A stretch of DNA of 64,000 nucleotides, from positions 64,001-128,000 of IMG/VR virus record IMGVR_UViG_3300034358_000044, one strand, 5' to 3'. The DNA is from a virus. The position numbers and the translations under genes are program-made. This document shows positions 19,861-27,219 of this stretch, one piece after another (positions within the stretch are counted from its first letter, which is position 1; the number at the start of each line of letters is the position of its first letter). The notes below the pieces were generated by a model. That model ran no database searches. It had not been told where the DNA came from and was given only the letters and a program-made list of their open reading frames with translations.

Positions 19861-21492
19861 CTACCCGGTGACGAAGCTGTTCATCACCGTGGGGACGTCA
19901 GTCGAGAAGCCGACCACGTCCAGCATACCGGCATCGTTGGGGTCGGCGATGGTGAACCCGTTGCTCACCATGCCGCAGACGATGAGCTTGGCATCGATGC
20001 CAGTCTCCTGCCGGTACTGACGCAGCGCCTGGAACGGGTGGACCACCCCAGCGTACGTCTCTGAGTCCGTGTAGATCACGAACACGTCCACCTTCAGCTT
20101 CTCCTTGAGAGCGTACTGCATGGGGAGAGAGCAGTCGGTGGTCCCGAAGGGGATGTCCGAGATGGACCTGACCGCCTCGGGGAGCTTCATCTTCGGGGAC
20201 AGCTTGAGGGGCTTCAGCTGCGTCCCGGAGCCCCAGAGCCCGGAGCTGCCGCCGACCCCGAAGCCCACGATGTGGTGCCATGGCTCGGTCCTGGCCGTCA
20301 CCAGCGACATGGCGGCCGAGGCGTCCCTGGGGGTCAGGTTCGAGCCCGCGACGGAGCCGCCCGACATGGACCCCGAGACGTCGAGAGCCAGCAGGTAGCG
20401 CTTGCCGGTGGGCACGATGGTGTCGAAGGCCATGTAGAAGGCCTCGTCCAGCGCATCGACCACGTTGCTGTCGGGATTCCACGACAGGCTGCCCTTGAGG
20501 CCGTGCCCTGAGCTGTAGGTGCTCTGGGCCATCAGCAGGGCCATGGGGTGGATCCTGGCCTTCCTGAGGGCTTCCTTGTCCCCCAGGCGGGCAGCCACGA
20601 AGTGGGAGGCGTCGGAGAGGGGCTTGATGAGGCCGATCTCCGTCATCTTGCCCAGGTTGCGCACCATGGCGGTCAGCGGCATGCCATTGCCCGAGGTCAA
20701 GAGGGCGTCCCAGACCTTGACCGAGTTCAGCATCTGGGTGGGCACGCACTCCCTGGGCAGGTTGTAGTCCGTGATGAGCTGGACCATCTCGGTGTCCTTG
20801 GTGACCACCTTGGCCATCTCGAAGCCCCGGATGAGGGCGGGCACGAGCGGCTGGGCGGACTGCTCCGCCGGCAGCTTGCCGACCGCCCACTGGTAGCTCA
20901 GCTTCTGGACTTCGCTCTTCGGCTTGGGCTTCGCCTTCCGGAGGATGTCCCGGTGCGACCAGCCGTTCCGGCTCTGGTACTTCACCAGGTTGAGGGCGAG
21001 CGAGTCGGGCTGCTGGTTCTCGTACCAGCGGGTGAAGCCCCTCTTGGTGACGCGGCCCCAGCCACCCAGCTCCTTCACCGCCTCCGCCATCTGGAAGAGG
21101 TGAGTCCCGATGCGGCAGACCTGAGGGATGGAAGCCGAGGCCAGACGGCGCGTCTCGACGTCGCCCTCCTTCAACGCCAACGCGAGGGCGAAGATGGCAG
21201 GGTCGTTCTTGGGCGCCTTGCCCCCGCTGCTCACGTCGATGATGAGGTTGATGGCCTTCCCGCCATCTTCCTTGATGCACTCGACGACGCTGGCAGCGTT
21301 CTCCTGGGTCAGCTTCTTCTCCGAGGCGTAGTACGACCCGCCTTCAGAGCCCAGGATGAGGAACCGCTTGAAGCGTGTCCACTTGTCAGCGGCGAAGACG
21401 AAGCCACCTGCGGAGTTCTTCACCTGCGCCATGCCCGGAACCGGTTCGGTCTGGACGGTCTTCTTCGTTGAAACGTGCTTCCCGTAGTTCAT
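19861..21492 (-). CDS. rsr: Ro60/TROVE-vWA RNA-binding protein (Rsr ortholog)
   Basis: NSAGGFVF, RFLILGSEGGSYY, KYQSRNGWSHRDILR, MPLTAMVRNLGKMT, RIHPM; vWA MIDAS LDVSGSM, GTTDCSLPM, YTDSET, DAGMLDVVGF; ATG 21492 with GGGAGG. Confidence 0.95.
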   Translation of the reverse strand: MNYGKHVSTKKTVQTEPVPGMAQVKNSAGGFVFAADKWTRFKRFLILGSEGGSYYASEKKLTQENAASVVECIKEDGGKAINLIIDVSSGGKAPKNDPAIFALALALKEGDVETRRLASASIPQVCRIGTHLFQMAEAVKELGGWGRVTKRGFTRWYENQQPDSLALNLVKYQSRNGWSHRDILRKAKPKPKSEVQKLSYQWAVGKLPAEQSAQPLVPALIRGFEMAKVVTKDTEMVQLITDYNLPRECVPTQMLNSVKVWDALLTSGNGMPLTAMVRNLGKMTEIGLIKPLSDASHFVAARLGDKEALRKARIHPMALLMAQSTYSSGHGLKGSLSWNPDSNVVDALDEAFYMAFDTIVPTGKRYLLALDVSGSMSGGSVAGSNLTPRDASAAMSLVTARTEPWHHIVGFGVGGSSGLWGSGTQLKPLKLSPKMKLPEAVRSISDIPFGTTDCSLPMQYALKEKLKVDVFVIYTDSETYAGVVHPFQALRQYRQETGIDAKLIVCGMVSNGFTIADPNDAGMLDVVGFSTDVPTVMNSFVTG

Positions 21493-21503
21493 GTTGCCTC
21501 CCA

Positions 21504-21530
21504 TTCAGCTCGTGAATCCCACGAGCAAGG
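21504..21530 (-). promoter_or_regulatory. Circularly permuted Ro-binding hairpin in the rsr leader, adjacent to the RBS
   Basis: CCUU-GCUCGUG-GGAUU-CACGAGC-U-GAA directly followed by UGGGAGGCAAC-AUG. Confidence 0.6.
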
Positions 21531-21555
21531 AACCGCGACTCTGACGGTGAAACGT

Positions 21556-22089
21556 TCAGCTCCTGAACGCCTTGGTGTTTCTCTGGGCCGCGAGAGCGAC
21601 CCCTGCTGCAGAAGCGGCCAGATTCAGGGAGGGCCTGACGTTCTCCCTCTCCTGCTCCAAGGCTTCCAGTCTGTTCGAGACGTGGATGAGCTGCTCGGCC
21701 AGGCTCTCGTACTCCTCGCGGGAGACGTAGGATTTCCTTGCCTGCTGCTTCACCAACTCCTTCATCCCCTTGCGGAACTCCTTACCTTGGTCGGAGTTCG
21801 AGAGGGCGGCGAAGAGGATCATGTCGTCTTCGGACCAGACGTGCATGTCGGCCCTGAGATACTTCAACTGAAAGGTCTCTCGGTTCTGCTGGAGAAACGA
21901 AATTGCGCCAATGTCGTTGGCGCAATTGCCGTCGAACTCGTCCCGGTGATTGAGGTAGACGTTCCTGAGGTTTCTCTCAGTGACGCCCAACACACCGGAG
22001 AGAACAGAGCCCGTAGTGAACAGGGTCCCGTCCTCGTCCTCCATCATGGGGACATTCAGATTGTTGAACTGCCAGGTCATCAGTCGCAT
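21556..22089 (-). CDS. Bro-N/antirepressor-like DNA-binding protein
   Basis: N-terminal FNNLNVPMMEDEDGTLFTTGSVLSGVLGV and C-terminal coiled coil; ATG 22089 with AAGGAG. Confidence 0.55.
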   Translation of the reverse strand: MRLMTWQFNNLNVPMMEDEDGTLFTTGSVLSGVLGVTERNLRNVYLNHRDEFDGNCANDIGAISFLQQNRETFQLKYLRADMHVWSEDDMILFAALSNSDQGKEFRKGMKELVKQQARKSYVSREEYESLAEQLIHVSNRLEALEQERENVRPSLNLAASAAGVALAAQRNTKAFRS

Positions 22090-22110
22090 GCGTTCTCCTT
22101 CAAGGGGGAT

Positions 22111-22141
22111 AAAAAAAGAGGCCCCCACTCTCATGGGAGCC
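22111..22141 (-). terminator. Intrinsic terminator at the end of the tRNA/Y RNA transcript
   Basis: GGCUCCCA-UGAGAG-UGGGGGCC stem followed by UC and U7. Confidence 0.75.
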
Positions 22142-22142
22142 C

Positions 22143-22332
22143 ACGGGCAAGACGATGCTGCTCTAGGCGGGAGGTGGACATCCCTTGCGGGTACCTCGTC
22201 CGTTTCCCTACGAGACTCCCAGCAATCAGAGTCTGGGAACTATTCAGTCAAGAGCGCCGGATTGGCGATGCCCTCGAACTTGGCAACTCTCAGCCCAAGC
22301 TCTTTTCGGGTAACCTAGAACCATCAGCCCGC
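22143..22332 (-). ncRNA. Y RNA-like module E (long)
   Basis: 5' GCGGGC-U-GAUG pairs with 3' CGUCUU-GCCCGU (bulged Ro helix) and encloses several hairpins. Confidence 0.55.
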
Positions 22333-22342
22333 TTCAAAAGAA

Positions 22343-22428
22343 GAGTGAACAAGAAGTGAAACTCGGTGGGACCCTTTTGATCGGGTCCAGCGTTTTGGGC
22401 TGGAGAACCAAGTCTCTTCGGCTCACTC
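22343..22428 (-). ncRNA. Y RNA-like module C
   Basis: GAGUGAGC-C-GAAG / UUCUU-GUUCACUC, 8 bp plus bulged C; two internal hairpins. Confidence 0.7.
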
Positions 22429-22435
22429 AAGAAAA

Positions 22436-22501
22436 GTACGAGCAAGGTTGTGAATGACGGAATCTTTTTATGGTAGGTAACCGTCACTCGTCAGCTCGTA
22501 C
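22436..22501 (-). ncRNA. Y RNA-like module B
   Basis: GUACGAGC-U-GAC / CCUU-GCUCGUAC, perfect 8 bp; inner stem GAGUGACGG/CCGUCAUUC. Confidence 0.7.
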
Positions 22502-22510
22502 AAAGAAAAT

Positions 22511-22572
22511 GGCGAACAAGAATTTAACCAGGGGTATGTTTTCCGTGGATAACCCTAGAGCGTCAGCTCGCC
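22511..22572 (-). ncRNA. Y RNA-like module A
   Basis: GGCGAGC-U-GAC / UCUU-GUUCGCC, 7 bp; inner stem CUAGGG/CCCUGG. Confidence 0.7.
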
Positions 22573-22648
22573 AAAAGCTGTGGGATAGATTTCATCCCTG
22601 TAAAACCTTATGCCGAACTTCTTCGGACTTTTGAATAGCAGTGGTGAA

Positions 22649-22722
22649 CGTCCTCGGTGAGACTCGAACTCACTACCCATTTCTTAGAAGGAAATTGCTC
22701 TATCCAGATGAGCTACGAGGAC
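22649..22722 (-). tRNA. tRNA-Arg(TCT)
   Basis: Cloverleaf; AUUUC-CU UCU AA-GAAAU. Confidence 0.9.
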
Positions 22723-22724
22723 AG

Positions 22725-22810
22725 TGGAAGACTGAGGACTCGAACCTCAACCCCTTGCGGAATCGCACGGTTTAGCAAACCGGCCAGGGACCTCCCCTGG
22801 TTAGCCTTCC
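22725..22810 (-). tRNA. tRNA-Ser(GCT)
   Basis: Cloverleaf with long variable arm; anticodon GCU. Confidence 0.9.
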
Positions 22811-22815
22811 AACAG

Positions 22816-22899
22816 CGGAGAGAGGAGGATTCGAACCTCGGCCGACTTGCATCAACCAGCAGCTTTCCAAGCTGCCTCCTGACCATCAGGTCACTCTCC
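22816..22899 (-). tRNA. tRNA-Ser(GGA)
   Basis: GCAGC-UU GGA AA-GCUGC; long variable arm. Confidence 0.9.
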
Positions 22900-22903
22900 A
22901 AAG

Positions 22904-22989
22904 CGGAAGACGGAGGTATCGAACCCCACACCCTTACAGGAGCGCACTCGTTTCGAGCGAGGCCTGGTCCCATGACCAGTTCATCTTCC
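22904..22989 (-). tRNA. tRNA-Ser(CGA)
   Basis: CUCG-CU CGA AA-CGAG; long variable arm. Confidence 0.85.
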
Positions 22990-23081
22990 AAAGCTCCCCC
23001 CAGATGCGCCCTGGAGGACCGGCGGGGCCTGTAGGTTCCCTGAGCCCCTAGCTGTCGCCAGTTCGTGAGCTCAGAGTACAG

Positions 23082-23166
23082 CGGAGGGCGGAGGTATCGA
23101 TCCCCACACCGTTTCGGGTGTCATCAGTTTTCAAGGCTGCGTCGCTTCCCAAGCGATTCACCCTCC
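23082..23166 (-). tRNA. tRNA-Ser(TGA)
   Basis: Loop CU UGA AA; long variable arm. Confidence 0.85.
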
Positions 23167-23711
23167 TAGTCAGATTCCAGCTCCCCGTTCCAGTAGGAGA
23201 CATCCCGGAGCCAGTTCTTCCAGCTTTCCGGCATGCCCTTCCTGAACGTGAAGGTCAGCCTCATCGTGTCCGGCAACTTCTTGGGACGCACCGGAGTAGA
23301 GAACAGCTTCATGCCGGCCTGCTCAGGTGTACGTCCGCCCTTCTTCTGGTTGCAGGGCACGCAAGCGATGACGATGTTCTCCCACCGAGTCTGACCGCCA
23401 TGCGCCCGGGGAACGACATGGTCGTAGGTGGACTCCTGCCTGGGCACCTTGGAGTGGCAGTACTGGCAGCGACCTTGGTCCCTCGTGTAGACGTTCTCAC
23501 GAGAGAACTTGATGGCCCTCTTCTTCCCGATGATGCGCTTCAGGAAGCGAATGACGGAAGGCACCTTGAACTCCAGGGTGACAGAACGGACGGTCCAGTC
23601 CTCGTACTCCTCGACGATCTCGACCTTGTTCTCCCAGAGAAGCGTGATGGCCCGTTGCCAAGGGATCCTGGCCACCGGCTCAAATGATTGCGACAATACC
23701 AGCGTGTCCAT
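23166..23711 (-). CDS. Free-standing HNH endonuclease
   Basis: RDQGRCQYC...TYDHVVPRAHGGQTRWENIVIACVPCNQKKG; ATG 23711 with GGAGG. Confidence 0.9.
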   Translation of the reverse strand: MDTLVLSQSFEPVARIPWQRAITLLWENKVEIVEEYEDWTVRSVTLEFKVPSVIRFLKRIIGKKRAIKFSRENVYTRDQGRCQYCHSKVPRQESTYDHVVPRAHGGQTRWENIVIACVPCNQKKGGRTPEQAGMKLFSTPVRPKKLPDTMRLTFTFRKGMPESWKNWLRDVSYWNGELESD

Positions 23712-23738
23712 GACCAGCCTCCTTTGACTACGAGTGTG

Positions 23739-23817
23739 TGCCCCAGGAGGGAATCGAACCCTCATGCCGAAGCAGTGGATTTTGAATCCACCGTGTCTAC
23801 CGTTCCACCACCGGGGC
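23739..23817 (-). tRNA. tRNA-Leu(CAA)
   Basis: GUGGA-UU CAA AA-UCCAC. Confidence 0.9.
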
Positions 23818-23823
23818 CCTACT

Positions 23824-23905
23824 TGGATGAAGAGGGACTCGAACCCTCATGAGCAAGCTCGCCGGCTTCTAGGGCCGGAGTGTCTACCAGTTCCACCATT
23901 CATCC
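23824..23905 (-). tRNA. tRNA-Leu(TAG)
   Basis: CCGGC-CC UAG AA-GCCGG. Confidence 0.9.
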
Positions 23906-23908
23906 ATG

Positions 23909-23991
23909 TGATCGAGAAGGGACTTGAACCCTTACGGTGTTACCCGCCTGCCCCTCAAGCAGGTGCGTCTACCAATTTCCGCCACTCGATC
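23909..23991 (-). tRNA. tRNA-Leu(GAG)
   Basis: CCUGC-UU GAG GG-GCAGG. Confidence 0.9.
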
Positions 23992-23995
23992 AATG

Positions 23996-24078
23996 TGCCC
24001 AGAGCGAGAATCGAACTCGCACGGTTTTACCCGCCAGACTCTGAATCTGGTGCGTCTACCAAGTTTCGCCACCTGGGC
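23996..24078 (-). tRNA. tRNA-Leu(CAG)
   Basis: CCAGA-UU CAG AG-UCUGG. Confidence 0.9.
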
Positions 24079-24083
24079 AACTG

Positions 24084-24155
24084 TACTGGCAGAGGGATTC
24101 GGACCCCCGACATCTTGGGTGTAGGCCAAGCGCTCTACCTCTGAGCTATGCCAGC
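24084..24155 (-). tRNA. tRNA-Val(TAC)
   Basis: CUUGG-CC UAC AC-CCAAG; T-loop UCCGAAU. Confidence 0.85.
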
Positions 24156-24217
24156 ATGTTGAGGACTTGGTAGCGCAAGTTGCCTCTGAACCTCTTCCCT
24201 TTCGGGTGCTACGGGTG

Positions 24218-24288
24218 TCGTGAGTGACAGAGTTGAACTGTCCTTCCAGGCTTATGAGGCCCGTGTCTTACCGATAGACGAACTCACG
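24218..24288 (-). tRNA. tRNA with CAT anticodon (elongator Met or Ile2)
   Basis: CGGGC-CU CAU AA-GCCUG. Confidence 0.8.
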
Positions 24289-24297
24289 TACTGCACA

Positions 24298-24371
<74 letters not shown>

Positions 24372-24372
24372 A

Positions 24373-24445
24373 CGCTCTTGGAGGGATTCGAACCCCCGAC
24401 TTCCTCTTTAGGAAAGAGGCGGTCTATCCACTGACGTACAAGAGC
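24373..24445 (-). tRNA. tRNA-Arg(CCT)
   Basis: CCUCU-UU CCU AA-AGAGG. Confidence 0.9.
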
Positions 24446-24450
24446 AACAG

Positions 24451-24522
24451 CGCCCTGCCGAGGAGTTGAACCTCGCACTATCCCAGGTTCGTAGCCTGAG
24501 GTCTGGATCCGCCAGGCAGGGC
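24451..24522 (-). tRNA. tRNA-Arg(ACG), atypical short D arm
   Basis: UCAGG-CU ACG AA-CCUGG. Confidence 0.75.
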
Positions 24523-24525
24523 ATG

Positions 24526-24594
24526 AGCCCTATCGGAGAGTTGAACTCCATCTTTCGCCTTCGGAGGGCGAAGTCCAGATCCGCTGGATAGGGC
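24526..24594 (-). tRNA. tRNA-Arg(CCG), atypical short D arm
   Basis: UUCGCC-CU CCG AA-GGCGAA. Confidence 0.75.
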
Positions 24595-24792
24595 CTACTT
24601 CTTTCTACTTCTCGGAGAGGCTCTTGGTTTGGGGACCAGAGTAGGCCCGTCGTAGCCGATACCGGCTTCCAAGAGGCGCTCCAGACGCATCCATTTCTCT
24701 CTGTCGTAGCCGTCTGTTCCGACGTCACGAGTCCAAAGCTCGTGGAAGAGCACTCGTGCTTCTGCCTTCTCTTCTTTTTTCAAGCGGTGCAT
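24595..24792 (-). CDS. Hypothetical protein
   Basis: ORF MHRLKKEEK... fills the gap between two tRNAs. Confidence 0.5.
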   Translation of the reverse strand: MHRLKKEEKAEARVLFHELWTRDVGTDGYDREKWMRLERLLEAGIGYDGPTLVPKPRASPRSRKK

Positions 24793-24795
24793 GAG

Positions 24796-24867
24796 TGCTC
24801 CCGATGGGAATCGAACCCAATGCCTCGTCCTTACCAAGGACGTGCTCTGCCGTAGAGCTACAGGAGC
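24796..24867 (-). tRNA. tRNA-Thr(GGT)
   Basis: CGUCC-UU GGU AA-GGACG. Confidence 0.9.
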
Positions 24868-25086
24868 GTACTACAGGTAGCTGACACACTTGCCTTTGGG
24901 AGGTGGTGGTCCGTCTGGTGTTCTGCCCCGTGCCATGGATGGCATCCGAACTCCGTGCTTTGTTCGGCGTCGTCTTTTCCCGTGTGTCGGAAGGTGAGGT
25001 GCATCACGTACTTCCTCCCCTGGATCCACCGGGGAGGCGTCTGTATGAGCCGTGGGCACGCCTCACTTGCTACTAGTCCGGCTACC

Positions 25087-25305
25087 CTAATCGTGACTGC
25101 AGGTGAGCTTCAGTGGATCGTGTCGAACGAAGATGCCCAGGACGGTCTTGTTGCCGCAGAAGCAGCACTCACCCGGGGGCTCTTTCGTCATGAGGGGAAG
25201 GCGCACTTCAACTTCGCCCTCTGGAGTCTTGGAGTAGTTCTTGGCGAGCCAGCAGTCGCCACACATCCGGTGGGTCCATTTGAGGATCCGCTCTGCAGGA
25301 GGCAT
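25087..25305 (-). CDS. Small Cys-rich (Zn-binding) hypothetical protein
   Basis: CGDC...CCFCG...C-terminal CSH. Confidence 0.55.
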   Translation of the reverse strand: MPPAERILKWTHRMCGDCWLAKNYSKTPEGEVEVRLPLMTKEPPGECCFCGNKTVLGIFVRHDPLKLTCSHD

Positions 25306-25314
25306 TCAGCTTCC

Positions 25315-25551
25315 TTACCACATCACGAGCTGGGCCTTGATCTTCTTGGCCTTGAGTCTGGCCAATGCCCTCTTCGCTTCCTTCTTGTCGTCCTTGAACT
25401 CGAACAGCAAGTCCCGCATCTTCGTCTCCATCAGAACGCCGGCCCCCATTTCTGGGCGTCCGACGATTCCCTTGATGACGGAGTCGAGATCGAACTTCGG
25501 GTACCTATCGATCGAGTAGTATACGGTCAGGACGTAAGACTCTTTGGCCAC
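25315..25551 (-). CDS. Hypothetical protein
   Basis: ATG with GGAG RBS; phage-like codon usage. Confidence 0.6.
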   Translation of the reverse strand: MAKESYVLTVYYSIDRYPKFDLDSVIKGIVGRPEMGAGVLMETKMRDLLFEFKDDKKEAKRALARLKAKKIKAQLVMW

Positions 25552-25581
25552 CAGAGCACTCCTCTCATTACGGGTTGAACA

Positions 25582-25654
25582 TGGAGCTGGACGGGATCGA
25601 ACCGACGACTTCCAGATTGCAAACCTGGCGCTCTCCCAACTGAGCTACAGCCCC
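25582..25654 (-). tRNA. tRNA-Ala(TGC)
   Basis: GGGGCUG acceptor with G3:U70; anticodon UGC. Confidence 0.92.
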
Positions 25655-25662
25655 TTCTACAG

Positions 25663-25733
25663 TGGACATGGAGAGAATCGAACTCTCGTCTCTCGGATGC
25701 GAACCGAGTGCTCTCCCGCTGAGCTACACGCCC
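25663..25733 (-). tRNA. tRNA-Ala(CGC)
   Basis: CUCGG-UU CGC AU-CCGAG; G3:U70. Confidence 0.9.
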
Positions 25734-25738
25734 TTCAG

Positions 25739-25811
25739 TGGACCTTGACGGGATCGAACCGTCTACCTCTTGGATGCCATCCAAGTGCTCTCCCAGATGA
25801 GCTAAAGGCCC
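25739..25811 (-). tRNA. tRNA-Ala(GGC)
   Basis: CUUGG-AU GGC AU-CCAAG; G3:U70. Confidence 0.9.
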
Positions 25812-25816
25812 AGACT

Positions 25817-25945
25817 ACGCGAGCAAGGAATCTGCCACTCCGATTTATACCGACGCTCTACCATTGAGCTACTCTCGATGCTTTGAGAGATGGGCATCGA
25901 ACCCACAACCTTCGGTTCCAGATAATGGAATGACTTCGGCTCGCT
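25817..25945 (-). ncRNA. YrlA-type Y RNA #1 (Ro stem plus permuted tRNA-like domain)
   Basis: 5' GCGAGC-C-GAAG / 3' CCUU-GCUCGC; T arm GUGGG-UUCGAUG-CCCAU, then capped acceptor-like stem CUCUC/GAGAG, then D arm UA-GCUC-AAUGGUA-GAGC; no anticodon arm. Confidence 0.85.
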
Positions 25946-25946
25946 G

Positions 25947-26018
25947 TGCTCCAAGAAGGAGTTGAACCTTCTACCTTTCCCATGTCAAGGGAACGATCTA
26001 CCGGTGATCTACTGGAGC
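25947..26018 (-). tRNA. tRNA-Val(GAC)
   Basis: UUCCC-UU GAC AU-GGGAA. Confidence 0.9.
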
Positions 26019-26080
26019 AGATGTACGGTGGCTTCAAGGCTTCCGCCCTTGGCCTGCATTTGTCTCCCGTACGAGACCTG

Positions 26081-26153
26081 TGCTGACCCTCGGAATCGAA
26101 CCGAGATGTTCCGCTCTTCAGGCGGACGCATGAACCATCACTGCCAGGTCAGC
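26081..26153 (-). tRNA. tRNA-Phe(GAA)
   Basis: UCCGC-CU GAA GA-GCGGA. Confidence 0.88.
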
Positions 26154-26199
26154 ATACTCCAGAGGGACTCTCGCCCCTCTGGGCGCTACGAAAGATGTG

Positions 26200-27114
26200 C
26201 TAGGTCTTGCGAGCCGAGGCCCCGTTGTTCTGGGTCTGGATGAGGTTCTGCACGTCGGCCAGGGACTTGGTCGAAGCCGCCGCCTCCAGCGCCTTGGTGG
26301 CGATGTCGGTGACCCTCTTGTCGGCGTCGTTGATGCGGCCCTGAAGCTGGCCGATGACCATGTCCTGGTTGGCCAGGCGGTCGTTGAGACCCTTGATGGT
26401 GTTGTCCGCCACCAGCTTCGCCGTGTCGGCGTCCTTCTGGAGGAGGGAGAGCTTGTGCTCGTAGTCCCTCTTCACGGAGCTGCCCACGATGGCCTCCGCC
26501 TTCTTCACTTCGGAGTCGATCTTTGCCGGGAAGGCAGTGACCTGCGCCCTGAGCTCGGTGATCTCGTTCTCCTGCTTCTTGAGGTTCTCCTCCCGCTCCT
26601 TGAAGCCCTTCTCCATCAGCTCCCTGCGATCTCGATCCTGAGCCGCCGTGACACGAATCTCCTCTTCGTGGCGGAGCTGCTCGGAACGACGAGCCTGCTG
26701 CAGGTCGTAGGTGTACTGCTCCTCGTCCTTCGTGCGCTCCAGCTCCTGCGAGGCCTTGGCCGCCGACACCTCCTGCTGGTAGCGATCGCTCTCCCGGTCG
26801 ATCTCCGCCTTCCGATCCTCGAAGGCGGCCTCCAGCTCGTCGAAGGCCTTCAGGACGTTCTCGGCCTCGTAGATGCCGGTGAGCTCCTGCTTCTTCAGAT
26901 CGACCGCCTGGGAGACCGTGTTGAGCTCCTGGAGCTGCTCCTGAAGCTTGCTGGTCACGTCGGACAGGGTCTTGCCGATGCTCAGCTGCGCCTCGGTCAC
27001 CTTCTTCGCAGCAGCATCGATGGTGAGGTTGGCGGCGGTCTTCAGGGTTGCTTCGTTCTTCACCGTCGTGGCCACATCGGACCTGGTGACGGCCTTCTTC
27101 TTCGGAGTTGCCAT
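26200..27114 (-). CDS. Long coiled-coil protein (304 aa)
   Basis: Heptad-rich E/K/Q/A sequence with strong phage codon bias. Confidence 0.8.
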   Translation of the reverse strand: MATPKKKAVTRSDVATTVKNEATLKTAANLTIDAAAKKVTEAQLSIGKTLSDVTSKLQEQLQELNTVSQAVDLKKQELTGIYEAENVLKAFDELEAAFEDRKAEIDRESDRYQQEVSAAKASQELERTKDEEQYTYDLQQARRSEQLRHEEEIRVTAAQDRDRRELMEKGFKEREENLKKQENEITELRAQVTAFPAKIDSEVKKAEAIVGSSVKRDYEHKLSLLQKDADTAKLVADNTIKGLNDRLANQDMVIGQLQGRINDADKRVTDIATKALEAAASTKSLADVQNLIQTQNNGASARKT

Positions 27115-27219
27115 TCTGTATTCCCCTCGGCGTGTTGGCCTAAGCTAAATTGCTTGGCCACACCCTTCTACCGAAAGGGTCTGACATTTTGCTTTTCTCC
27201 CTTTTGTTCTCAGCACTTG

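Noticed and set aside
19898-21471. Long alternative-frame and antisense ORFs over rsr (460 aa, 307 aa) and similar shadow ORFs elsewhere (e.g. 26197-27285, 45732-47249, 40656-42077)
   Set aside because: Typical GC3-bias shadows of real genes; no recognisable motifs
22143-22639. CRISPR array interpretation of the repeated modules
   Set aside because: No identical direct repeats with regular spacers; the similarity is structural with covarying stems; the Cas4-like gene has no cas operon
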